NCBI GenBank assembly: GCA_964036045.1
Contig: OZ038378.1
Coordinates: forward strand, 17,112,001-17,176,000
DNA length: 64,000 nt
Source: Eutreptiella sp. 'Long Island Sound 2002'
Taxonomy: Eukaryota > Protista > Euglenida
Reading direction: 5' to 3'
Both the position numbers and the translations under genes were made by a program. The notes under the pieces are model-generated. The model saw nothing but the letters and a program-made list of their open reading frames with translations. It did not search any database and was not told the origin of the DNA. Shown here one piece after another: positions 45,801 through 57,453 of the stretch (position 1 is the stretch's first letter; every line of letters begins with the position of its first letter).

Positions 45801-48579
45801 TGCATTGCTGACCCAAGCCCAAGTCAACATCACTTGGCACAAGTCCCGTCAGTGCCTATTCCACAATGCTTTCAATATTGCAGGGCACACTAATGCCCCT
45901 TGCACATTTCGACGCCCTGCAGGGGCACGGGGACACAACAGTACGTCTTTCTGTCCTTGCCTGCATGTACGACTCTTGCATTTATCACCGTTCTGCACTA
46001 CCTATTGGTTGGGTTTCACGGTGGCTCCGGATTTAGAGAGGTGATTTCATTTTCTGATGGAGCTGTGGGCCGCACACTTGCAAGGGTATGTGCTGAAGGC
46101 ACATTCGGGAAATACCAATTTCTCGTGCATTTCTGCACAAGCGGACCCGCTTTAGCTCCGGTGACGCATCTGCCCGCCCAATGACACAAAACAACAGGAC
46201 AGAGTGACTGGGACAGATGCCTGCTGGGACCTGCCTGCACCGCAGCATACGCCAGTTGCATGCAGCATATCTCTTGGGGACATTTATTACATGCCAACGC
46301 GGAGCAAATTCAGACTTTTTCAGGGGTTTCTCAATTTCTGATCCTCCAAAATTTCGTTCCGTGTGGGGGTATGTGTACACTTTTTGAAATCTGTGAGAAA
46401 AGGCCATTTCAGAAACGTATGAGCTTGGTGCCCCCAATGTGCATTCAAGGGTGGACTATAGTACAGAGGAAGTCCATGCGTGGGATCAAAAGGGAGGAGT
46501 GCAGATGCTCATTCTTGTGACCAGAAATCAATCACAAAATTTAGCTATTCTTTTTACTGTAGTGTGGCCATTGTCTGCTCGATGCTCCAGTTGTGCAGTG
46601 CATGGATGGCAACAATCAGCCAGTTGTGCCCATGGTGTGGCTCATCATCCACATGGCAAGTGGCATGGAGTGGCACAGCCTCAAACGGTCGGCCGGAAGG
46701 TGCCACCGTGCTGTACCGCGTTGGTTGCCACCTGGCTGCGGCCATCAGCGGTGGACTGCCATGACGCGTCCAGCTGGAGTGTTAAGGCAACTGACTTGCC
46801 CATAGGTGCCAAAGGTGCCCGAGGGATGACTTCGTCCACGGCTGCCTTCAACTACATCATAGCTCTAGCTCTCCAATTTGGAGTCCTCCACTCCTGTTCG
46901 CTTTGGGGGCCCCCGAGACAGATGATTCCTCTCCATCTTGGGGACCCGTGAGACAGCAGGGCTTATGTAGCCATTTCTTCTCCCCAAGAAAGCAAAGGTC
47001 ATAACAACCATTTCACTTCTCCCCCAGATGGCAAAAAAGCCCGATGTCGCCTAACCATCATGGGCGCATATAGCTGCACAGATCAGGGTTAGAGGAAGGG
47101 CAAAGGGAGGAAACGGAACACGGCGCTTCGTGCATCGGCTCTACGATTGGGACCTGTGATGAGCCAACGTGTGGCTCAGGTGGGCACCTTCCCTTTTTGG
47201 GGAGGGCGGGGCATTGCACATTTACATGGGAGTGTATGACTTGGGTACACCCCCAAACCCACCGCTTCCATCCCCCCCCCCTTTGACCAAGGGGGGCCTC
47301 CGGCCATGGTTGGTTGGGAGGGATTCCGTGGCCTAACCAAGAAGCCCGCCCGTGGCCCCTGCGTTCTTTCTTGCGCCTTATGCAGCGACATGCATGGTGT
47401 TACAAAAAGCATGACACATTGATCACCACATCTTGTAAATCACTACTCTGGTGTCTCTCTTGACACATGCCCATTATGGTTGTTGTCAGTCCACATCAGT
47501 TAGAGCCAACGCTACACAACTTGCATCCCCGAACATGACTCACCAATGCTGTTGGCTGAAGAAGGGTTCTGGGGATGGATGGCTTGTGAAGTCAAAACAG
47601 GTATGTGGCCATGTGGCCCCGTTTGGGTAAGCTATAGCTGGGGTTGCACCGGGTGGTGGTGCACCGTGTGCTTGACACCTGCAAGTCCAAGGATGCAGAC
47701 CCCCCCCAGCGCAGCCCGGAAGGGGCAGTTTGAACTGGTTGATGTGATGAACGTACTGCTTGAGTCACATGGGCATAAGGTAGCTAAATAAGCTTCATTC
47801 TCCCACCCCCCACAGGGGAATGCGGCCATGGTGAGTTGCCAAGGGTACCACCCTAGCCAGGTACCCTTGGCAAGGGCACGTGAGTTCCGCTACTGACTTC
47901 TCAAAGGCTACGCCGAATGCTTCTTGTATTGGTGTTAGCTTCGACCAAAACTCCAAGGGGGTTCCAAGCAGTAGAAATGTCGCACGCTCAAATTACTATG
48001 CACAGTTTCTCCTTTTAGATCTGTTGCTTCGTTTCAGCTTCTGCAAATTACAGGTGCTGCATTGACAGCTGCACACAATTTGGACTCCAACGGAGGATAG
48101 CAAGTCCTAATGAATTCAATTCAATTGAATGAAATTAAAGTAAAGGGGACGTAGAATTGGCACAAAACGCTGCCCTTTCCCGCCACGTGCTCCGCGTGCT
48201 GCCCTAGGCTGACAGCATGCCTAGGGTCCTACTTGTTTCATGGTTTCTGCACGGGTGTGGGTTGTTTGTGCATCAATGTAGACTTTTTGCCCATGAAAAT
48301 AGATCTTGGGGCACCTTAGTTATCCTTTTGTCAGCCATTGTGATTGCCTGCATTCAAATTGTATTAGTCGGACACTCATTTCCAAGCCCTACACAGTCAG
48401 GTTAGCATCCCGCATCACCCAGTCACTCCCCAAGAATTGCATGATCCCACACACTGGTCAGATATCGCAGATGTGCCACATATAGCAGGAAAACTCTATG
48501 GCCGGACCTTGCCTTGCTGATGTCCCCCACGTGTAGTCAATCTCAGGGCTGGTGGGATGCATTTTGCTGCACAAAGCAG

Positions 48580-48612
48580 CCTCTTATCGTTTTTGCACAC
48601 TGCCTTGCCCAG
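48580..48612 (+). promoter_or_regulatory. Pyrimidine tract plus AG acceptor 10 nt upstream of the NCAPH2 ATG (5'UTR intron or trans-splice site)
   Basis: cctcttatcgtttttgcacactgccttgcccAG|tttctccgcaATG. Confidence 0.45.
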
Positions 48613-48622
48613 TTTCTCCGCA

Positions 48623-48832
48623 ATGACAGCTGCAGCGGCCGCCACGAAAGCCTGGGATAAATTTGTGCAGCCTCTGAAGGACCTTGCGGATCTATGGAGT
48701 GTCGACATCGAAAAGGACTTGACAGCATACCTGACTGACCTTCATCTTGCCCTCAATGCGGAAGGCCACAACGTGAACTTTGCAGAGGCTGCGTTTCTTG
48801 TCCAGAACTCGGCACAGTACTACAGCAAGAAG
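48623..48832 (+). CDS. NCAPH2: Condensin II kleisin CAP-H2 exon 1 of 7 (CNDH2_N)
   Basis: MTAAAAATKAWDKFVQPLKDLADLWSVDIEKDLTAYLTDL...NVNFAEAAFLVQNSAQYYSKK matches CAP-H2 QP.RDL..NW.VD...L..YL...NF.EAA..IQ.S...YSKKVE; donor AAG|GTACGC. Confidence 0.92.
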
Positions 48833-51821
48833 GTACGCATACCACCACAACCCGACAGCCCTCAACGGCCTTCGACAGCAACAGCCCTCAAGAATCCTCT
48901 GCAAGCCGTTCCATTACTCTCCCAAACCCGTGCCCCTGCCTGTGTTTCCGTGGCTCATACCAGGATTTCAAAACTTGCCATGGCCAAATGTTTGGAGTTT
49001 TTGGAATGTTTATTCTGCGCCTGATGACAGTAATGAGGGTGGACCTGCAACTGCCCCCCAGCAAGCCAAGGTACAGTTTGATGGGAACATGGTGATGCTG
49101 GATGTAGGGGGCGCCTAAGGAAGAGCAGCCGCTGCGTGTGCACCGTGAGCCAGCTGTGCGAACATTCTAGCTACTAGAACCCCCTGGCCTCACATGTGGC
49201 ACAGTGTTGCACCATGTGATGCCCTGTTTGCAGGTGCCCCCATGTTGGCTTGTGTGTCTTGGGGTCCATGAAAGGCAGTTTCTCGCCCAGCCATGGATGG
49301 CCTTTAAAGTGTGGTGGACCCCTCTGTTGCTCCTGTGCAGATATCTCACAACCATAGTGTCCATGGACTCAGTTGCGTGCCATGTGCTACATCTGCTTTG
49401 ATGGGCAAGAAGTGCTAGCCACTTTTGGCAGCTGTCTTGGCCCCGATGCTGAAGTGCCGAGTACCAAGGCCAAGATAATCCCATTCTTGGAAGTATACGT
49501 GGATGGTGATACAAAAACCCAGCATTGGGAGGCAGTGGGGGGAAACAGGGAACAAGAGGGAAATAGGAATTGGTTATTCTGGAAAACAAGAGAAATGTGG
49601 CAAATAAGGGTGGCGGATAGGGGGAGGGAGGAGAAAACGGGGAAATAGTTGTTGTTGTGTGTTGTGCAGTGCCTGGCAGCCTCTCACATTTTTTGGGCAT
49701 GAGGCTGTAGGACTATCTCTAATGCACATGCCGCACAATACCACGGTGCTGTGCGGTGCTATGGTGCTGATTCAACAATGGAATCATGGTCAAAGGAGTG
49801 TTAAGGGGACTGACTATAGACAACAAGCGCTCGCTCAAGAGGAGTGGTGTCATCTATCATTGGAGCCTCGTTCTACATGTATGATGCTTCGCACCTCGCT
49901 CAAGATGAGTTGTGGCATCTGTCATTAGAACCTCATTCTGCATGTATGATGCTTTGCACCTTGGCGTTAGGGCCAAGGCTACTAGCATCTGCACATACAT
50001 TTGCAACCTGTCATAAACCAACACCTGGCACACAAGGGCAACTTACTAGGTACCACCAAGGTCATATCTCGCAGGTGTTCTATTTCACTACAATGGTGTG
50101 GTGAATCTGTGATTTTTTTACTTGGGGTTTCCATGTTGTCTTATTTGTATGTTATCCGAGCTGTTGATTGTAATGAATGAAATTTGGACGGGCCGCTGCA
50201 AATAATGGTCCATAAAATATTGGCAAGCACAACCAAAATGGTCGTAGCCAGGGGTCTCAAATCCAGTGTGGCTGTGAATCCAGTTCAGTCACACAAACAG
50301 TGTCCTCCTCTTTGTGGAACCCGTTTGACCCTTTGGAAATGCAGACAGGAATAATTGATCTGATCCCATGTAGTTTTCCAATGTTGGCTGGGGTTTCTCA
50401 AGGAGTTGCCCCTTTACTTGCAGCGCTGCTTGGTTTTTGCTGCTGCAACCTGCACCATGGTTACAAGCAATTGTTGTGGCAGCGTTGATTGGAGAATGAT
50501 GCTGCCGCCCTCTGTTCACTAGGTGATATTGTTTGCCCAAATCCCAATGGAAATCTGAATTGATATACCTCCCTCGACCTCTCTGCTATGTCCCCCTTTT
50601 TCCATTGTGCCTTGCAAGTGCCCGAATGCATCTGCAAAATGTGCACACCCACACCACATGATGCACTGCACTTTGTCGTGGTGGGATCCAGCACAACATG
50701 ACCCCTGGAGTCACAGCTGACAACCCAAATCAATGATGTTGTGGATGTATGCAACTCAGCAGTAGGTATCTCATGACTAGCCATGAAGATGAAATGGCTG
50801 GGGCAGACATCCCACCCGGACAGGACATCCCCCCAGCAAACCCCTGACGCCCATCTGGCAAGCCCATCTTGCACTTTTCCCTGCAGTTGTCCAATTACAG
50901 TCTTCAGCTACATGTACCCTGCATGCAGATAGAAATGCTGCAAGACAATCACAGACAAAAACCGGGCCTCAACCCACTGCACATGGCAAAACTTGCCAAC
51001 AACAGCCTCCCAGCCCAGGAAGCCCGGGGTTTGGGGACTGATGAAGCGGTCCTGTGCATTGCTGACGGTGGATGGGGCAAACCTGGGCATCCTGGGAGGC
51101 AACACAAGGGGCCAATAGGTGTGTTCAGGCCAAACCCCTGCCATTTTAAGCTCTAAAGGGGGCAAAACAGGATGAACAGGGCACAACAACAGGACCAACG
51201 ATGACAGCGACAGGTTTTTCGGACACGAAATGCTAAAGATCCTGCGCCCCTGAGTAATCTGCCCCTGCCCGTACCCCTAGCTATGCCCCTGTCTCCACCC
51301 CTGCCCTTACTTTTCACAGGGAACACAGGGGGGCTTAGGTGGGTAGGGAAGGGAGATGTGACAGGGTGCAGGCAAATCACTACCCAAGGGGTGTGGAGAT
51401 GAATCAGTAGCTTGATCATCACCTGTACCACCACCGGACATGCCTACATACGTGTGACTGCATACTGCCTTTGTGCAGCCAAACACCCTGAGAACAACAG
51501 CGGATGGTGGACTTCAGTGAGACAAAGTCCAGCCTTGGAGGGATTTTCTCCAAGGCTGCCAAATCTGCCACATCTGCCGTACCTGACCAATGAGTGAGTA
51601 TCAAACACCTTCAGAGTGGCAAGTGGATGCGTGGTGTGCAATGCTAACCCGACCAGGATTATGCTGGACTGCAACCATTAAGGACGGCCGTTGACACCAA
51701 TCAAGATCCCTCTGACGTTTGTAGCACCTCTAGTCCGCCATAATCAACCTTGCTGTATCACCCTCTGCAGCCCTCCCCAACTCTCCACAGCCCTCCACAA
51801 CCCCCCACCACAAACCTCCAG

Positions 51822-52028
51822 GTGGAGCAGCTGGCGGTGCTGGTGTACACGGTACTGGAGCAAGTGACCGAGAGCAAAAGGCGGGAGATGCAGAAGGAGG
51901 GCAATGGGGACTTCCAAGATGCCGAGTTTAACGCATTTGAAGTGACCCTGCATGAATTGGACGAGATTATCAAGTCATTCATATCATCCCAGGTGACCGT
52001 TCTGCAAGATTATCTCCAAACGAGCCAG
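51822..52028 (+). CDS. NCAPH2: CAP-H2 exon 2
   Basis: Acceptor ctccag|GTG continues YSKK|VEQLAVLVYTVLEQV (cf. KVEYLY.LV); donor CAG|GTAAGC; 207 nt, phase 0-0. An alternative donor near 51983 cannot be excluded. Confidence 0.85.
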
Positions 52029-52656
52029 GTAAGCTTGCTGAGTCTGCTGTGACCGTGCTGACTGTGCTGAGCAACCCACAGCGGTCTCTGGAGTGCTTGT
52101 TTGCCCCAAGTCTTAGTGCATGTGTCTCAGTGCAGCAGTGGCTCACTAGTGGTTTTTGTGCCCCCCCATCCTTTATTGAGTGCATAAGACTTTGGACCAA
52201 GGGCAGAAAAGGAAGCCAGAAAATAGACCTGGCATGAGCACAAATAGGTTGCTTTAATGCCTGACAGGACAGTCCTTTTGCAGCATGGCATGCCTTGCAT
52301 ATTGTGTGCCCGAGTTTCCACTGCTCAGGACTCAGCTCAGTTGGGACATGGTCTACGGGCCACCAAAGCCCACTGAGTGTGCCCTGCAGACCTTGAGGGA
52401 GGATGTGAAAAAAACATCATGAAGCAGATTCGAAGAGTGGAACAGTGCATGGAATGCGCTAAGGGACATCAATGGCCGATTAATTGACCGCTGTTGGTGC
52501 TTGGCTGATGGCGGTTGGTGGTCAGTCGACAACAGTGAGTGGTCTATACTTCACCACTGGTACCAGGCGTTGTTGAAATACTGATCGTGGTCCACAGGAC
52601 CAAGATCCTTGTTAGGTCGACCCCCCAGGCTCCCCCTTCAAATCCACCCTCTACAG

Positions 52657-53013
52657 GGTCTGCGACAATCAGCTGCCGGCCGTGCAATGCTCGCAACATG
52701 CGACTGCATGCCCTTCGAGGATTTCGAGAGGGCGGAGAAGAATTTCCGCATGCGGGTCTGCGAGCTCTCCGAGCGCTGCCTTCTGCTCATCAATCCTGAC
52801 ACCCGCTTCCTCGTCAACAATCAAGGCTCCGCCACCTCCTTCTTCTCTCTCGACGTGTCACGCATCCCGTTTACGTCCTTCGACACCAGCGGCGAAATGC
52901 GCGACGTTCACCGGGAGTTGGATCTGCTGCTGCAGGAGGTTCGCGAGGAAGCGTCGGAGGCCGGGGCGCCTGCATCGCATGCGTCGCTGGACTTTCCGAA
53001 CCAGTCAGACCAC
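52657..53013 (+). CDS. NCAPH2: CAP-H2 exon 3
   Basis: Acceptor ccaccctctacag|GGT; GLRQSAAGRAMLATCDCMPFEDFERAEKNFRMRVCELSERCLLLINPD...; donor CAC|GTATGT; 357 nt, phase 0-0; GC3-rich codon usage like the other exons. Confidence 0.8.
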
Positions 53014-54841
53014 GTATGTGAGGGCGCCCCCCTGATCCCCATGTGGGGCGCTGCATCGCCACACGTGGCATTATGATGCCGCATGGAAAATCGATCGTAG
53101 ACGAATCGCAATGCATGTGTAGAGAGAGACTCTGTTGTGATGCACCCAAAATGACACAATCTATTTGGTGTGTATTGGGCACCAGCAGAGCCGTTTCCCT
53201 TGGTCCTCTGGAGGGATCTTGTGGACCAACGGCATTGTATCGTTGTAAATGGAAGGGCACATTGTGATATCGGCGTGCGTGCACCGCTTTCTACGGGCAG
53301 TGGGTACAATGTGGTGCACCGATGCCCTGGCCGCTGCAGAGGGTAATTGAGGCCAACCATCAATTTGCTTGGGATTCCAGCTGCAAGTCTTGACGGCTGT
53401 AGCCTCCGCCTTTCCACATGCCCCCCTGAGGGAGGTCTCCCGCCCCATTTGGGATTGGAGGGTACGTGGCTTTAAATGACTGGGCGAGAGGGTGGGGTGG
53501 GGGCCGTTCAAAAGATGGTGTCGCCTTCCATGCCTTTCTCCTCTCCCCTGTTTGTGACAGCGGCAAAGAGAGAGAGAGAGCGCGCTATTATTGCATACAT
53601 ACCTCCATACCCCCATACGCCCATACCCCCTCGAGGCATGCATGCGGTAGTAGTGGGTCGTGCGCAAGCCCCCTCCCCCCGCACCCGATTTTTCGACATA
53701 TAGCTGGGGGGTAGGTCGCATCGGGACCAGTTCCACCCGCCCCCCCCGGGATTGCAACACTTTGTTCCTGCGTTTTGTGGACCCGAACTCTAGAAATATG
53801 TGTCCAGTGTGTCTCCCACAATGCTTAGGTGTGTGCTCTGTGATCATCCTGCGTGTATGGCTGCTTTCCTACGTCTGTCCTCACGGTCTACCTCCCCCCC
53901 CCCATGTTGTTGAAGATTGGGGGCATCGGGCCTGTTTTCTGCATGGGTTTGCCGTCCAGATGACACCCAGACCTACAATTTGAGGTCCCGAATGGGTGTA
54001 TGCGCCACAAAAGCGTCCGGGGCACCGTCAGGGCAACATGGCGCCTTTTCCCACACGAAAACACAACCACACATGAGCCTGGAATGCTGTCTCCAGCCCC
54101 CCACCCCCCCCTGCCTTGTTTTACCTCTATGGGTTACCCCCCGTGAGTCCGCAGCAGCGGGCGCTGGGGGTCGGGAGGGGGAGAAGCGGAGTGCCTGGTG
54201 CTGGATGTCTTGGGTGGCCTGTGTTGTCTTGCACTTTCTTGCCCTACTCCCCAAAATGCCAGTGTGAGCTGTGGTGCTGGTCCACCCTTGCCCGCCCCCG
54301 CCATGCGCCTGCAAAGCGTGCAGCCCGCACGCGCTACAGCAAAGGCCGTCCTCCCCTAAATGACCCAACTCCCCCAAAATTCCGGGGCCAACTCCCCAAT
54401 TTGCCCCGATTTTTGTGCCCAAATTTGTTGGCCCTTTCGTATCCAGTCAATAAAGCAGTGTTCATGGTGTTGCCGTGTGTTTGTTCTTGTGCAGATAGGT
54501 TTGCTGTTACAACGGGTCTCGCATTTTGTACCTTCTGCCCAAGCCTTCAGTGTCTTCCACTATCCTGAATTGCCAACAGATGTACAATTCGTTCTGTTTG
54601 CTGTGTATACATTCAGCCTACACATTCTACCAAGGGTAGGGATGGGATCCCCCCCCCCAGAAACGGCCGAAAAAAGTCCCCGATTTGTTGCCCCGATTCG
54701 TCAGAAATGTTCCCCCGACTCGGCGCGCAATCGGAGTTGCAATACCAGTTAATGAATTCGATGTTTTCTCCAGCAATTTTGTCAGTTTGTGGACCGCCCC
54801 ATCCGTAAGCCCAAACAAATACCCACACGCACACGTCGCAG

Positions 54842-55135
54842 GGCCATGACCACGACGCTGCCAGCCTGGTCAGCGGGGCGCTGCCCTCGGAAGTGGACCC
54901 TGCTGCACAGCCCCTGGAGGCCATGCTGGATGAAGCAGCGACCGCTAACACCGTGATTGACCCGTGGCTGGAGAGTATTGGGGACCCGTACAGCACGTCC
55001 CAAAATGTCGAGCAGCCCTTCCAAAAAGGGCATCCCCAGCGGCAGGTGCTGGACAACCTCCCGCATTTGGAGCTGGAATACCTGGACGGTACTCCGCGGG
55101 CTGCTTTTCTGAACGGGTGCCTGCTCAGTGCACAG
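54842..55135 (+). CDS. NCAPH2: CAP-H2 exon 4 (middle domain)
   Basis: Acceptor cgtcgcag|GGC; contains DPWLESIGDPYSTSQNVEQPFQKG (CAP-H2 DPW..LDP....KPFKKG); donor CAG|GTTTGA; 294 nt. Confidence 0.85.
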
Positions 55136-55166
55136 GTTTGAGAAGTGCTGAAAGCTGGGCCATCCA

Positions 55167-55362
55167 GTGGTGGTGGTGGTGGTGGTGGTGGTGGTGGTGG
55201 TGGTGTCTGTGTGTGTGTGTGTGTGTTTGTGTGTGCATGTATGTGTGTGTCTGTGTGCGTGTGCTTGTGTGCTTGTGTGTGTGTGTGTGTGTGTGTGTGC
55301 GTTTGTCTGCGTGTGCGTGTGTGCGCGTGCGCGTGCGCGTGTGTGTCCGTGCGCGTGTCTGT
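55167..55362. repeat. (GGT)n-(GT)n-(GCGT)n compound microsatellite
   Basis: Direct reading; lies in NCAPH2 intron 4. Confidence 0.97.
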
Positions 55363-55918
55363 GTGGCTGTGGTGTGTTATTTGTGCATATGTCTCCTTCG
55401 CTTACACGCGCACGTGTGTGCTTTTCTTTGCCCTTCCATTGCTGGGTCGCAGTTCCATCACGTCTATGGCAGCAACAGGCATGGGCTGTTTGTTTTCTCG
55501 TTTTTTGGCGGGGGCACTTCGGACAGTACACTGGACGACATCGCAAGGCCCTGAGACAGCTCCTACCCACTGCCACTGCCGCATACCTGGATGGCCGTCG
55601 GAAGCAGCACGTGGGACACACACCAATCAGCAGCAACAACAGCCAGCAGCCTGTGTGCTGCACCGCTGCAGTATCCACCGCCAACAGTGTGTCTCCACAA
55701 CACTACATCCCCTCCCCTACACGATGGGGTCGGATGGACCATCTCTCATAAGCTGGCCTCCCATCCCATCAGCCCCCCGCCTGTCGTGGCTTCTGGGCTC
55801 ATGTCAGGGGCCTATTGCCTGCTTTGTCGTTTTCCCACATTGTCTACGCTGCATCGCTTTCGTCCCATCCCCCACCCCGTCCCTTCCCCCGGAGTGGCTC
55901 TGCAATTCTACGGCGCAG

Positions 55919-56266
55919 GTTCTCGGCAACAAGTGCGTCGGTTTTCACAAACCCATCGACGTCTCAAGCCTGACGGATGTGGCAAGGGAGGAGCAGCGGC
56001 GGCGGAAAGCGGAACTGCGAGAGCGGAACGAGCAGCGGCGGGAGGACGCACGGAAGATCGAGAGCCTGATCCCGGCAGACCCCGACCCCACGCTGCCCGA
56101 ACTGCATCTGCACGCGCTCGACGATGATCTGGACGCTGCAGACAATGATGGGGCCATGTCGGACAATGAGTTTGCTGCGCGCTCGCTGAACGACAGTGCC
56201 ATGTCGCTGGGGCGCGTCGACACGCCCACGCAGGCGGAGCGCTGGGTGCAGGAGGCGGTGCAGCAG
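55919..56266 (+). CDS. NCAPH2: CAP-H2 exon 5
   Basis: Acceptor cggcgcag|GTT; VLGNKCVGFHKPIDV...EEQRRRKAELRERNEQRREDARKIE...DDDLDAADNDG...WVQEAVQQ; donor CAG|GTTACC; 348 nt, phase 0-0. Confidence 0.8.
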
Positions 56267-56552
56267 GTTACCACTGGCGACAACTGTGTTTCGTCTCCAC
56301 AACCCTCTACAACCCTCCAAACCCCCACAACCTCCACAACCCTCGACAACTCCCAAGACTCTCCACAACCTGCAGTCTCGGAATGATGACGAATAACAAT
56401 GAATCGCACCGAAATCGTAAAAATGGAATGACGACGAGCGATGACGAACGATGACCAGTCACAGCCACCTTCCGTTTGTTCTGTGTTTCCATATTTCCGT
56501 TTTCCCCAGTCTTTCTGTCAAACAGGTTTGCGATCCAGACAGAACTCCCACA

Positions 56553-56634
56553 CCAGGAACCAGGAACCAGGAACCAGGAACCAAGAACCAGGAACCAGGA
56601 ACCAGGAACCAGGAACCAGGAACCAGGAACCAGG
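56553..56634. repeat. (CAGGAAC)n heptamer, ~11 copies
   Basis: Direct reading; one CAAGAAC variant. Confidence 0.95.
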
Positions 56635-57357
56635 AGGCCAGAAAGTTGTAGCCCGGGGGTTTGGTGGGGAGGAACCTCCGACGCCGGTCAAAACTGGGAC
56701 ATGGGCTCGCCCAAAACTTCGGTCAGTTTTGTAATAGTCTTTGAAAATGGTATACCACTTTTATGACGCCCGTTGACACGCTGAACGTCAGACACTCAAA
56801 GAAACACGGGGACACCCAGGCTGTAGCCGCGTCACAACCTTGTTATACGCAGGGCGTTGCTGTTTGAAGTAAGCTCTATTATCTGGCGGCTTTCAACAGG
56901 TGGTTTTTGACAGTCAACAGACGGGTTGCTTGAAACTTGACGTGGTGACCTGTGTGACGTGGGTGGAGTGAAAAAGGAAAGAGGTTCCAACCTGCGGTAC
57001 CCAGCTTCCAACATTCAGCCGTCAACTGCCTGACCCAGCACCGTCAGCACCGATGCAGGTCACCAGGCCTGTTCGAATATTGAGCCCCCAAAAGGGTGCG
57101 AAAACTTTTGGGGGTCTGGAGGGGGGGGGGGGGGTAGGTGGGTCGGCCGGTCAGCCGCTAGGGTCCCCAAGGGTGAGAGGTGGGTACCCCAACATACATC
57201 CCTCAAAAATGATCCCCATGGCGGCTGTAAGCAGGAGGGAAGGGGAGGGTGCTGTGAGCGAGAAGGGGGGTGTAGATTGTGCACAGGTCAGGCCATACAT
57301 CCCCGTGTACATCCCTGTGTACATCCCCGTGCCACACCCACTCCCTGTCTGTCGCAG

Positions 57358-57453
57358 ATTTCGCAGTTCCAGCAGATGTCTGAGGACGAGGCAGCGGTGC
57401 ACGAGCGGGTCAGTGCCTGGGCAGAGAAGCTGGAGCCTATCCTGCACTTGCAG
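57358..57453 (+). CDS. NCAPH2: CAP-H2 exon 6 (start of CNDH2_C)
   Basis: Acceptor ctgtctgtcgcag|ATT; ISQFQQMSEDEAAVHERVSAWAEKLEPILHLQ (cf. L..R...W...+.P.L..Q); donor CAG|GTCTGA. Confidence 0.88.

Noticed and set aside
48557-48622. Upstream in-frame ATG extending NCAPH2
   Set aside because: The extension translates a pyrimidine tract and acceptor-like site; CAP-H2 homology starts after the ATG at 48623.
50289-50540. Helitron Rep-like fragment (LFLSAFPKGQTG)
   Set aside because: One short partial motif; no HUH or helicase motifs nearby.
55145-55918. N-terminal part of the 413-aa ORF as NCAPH2 coding sequence
   Set aside because: Microsatellite-derived (GGG/CVCV) intron sequence; homology and splice signals support only 55919-56266.
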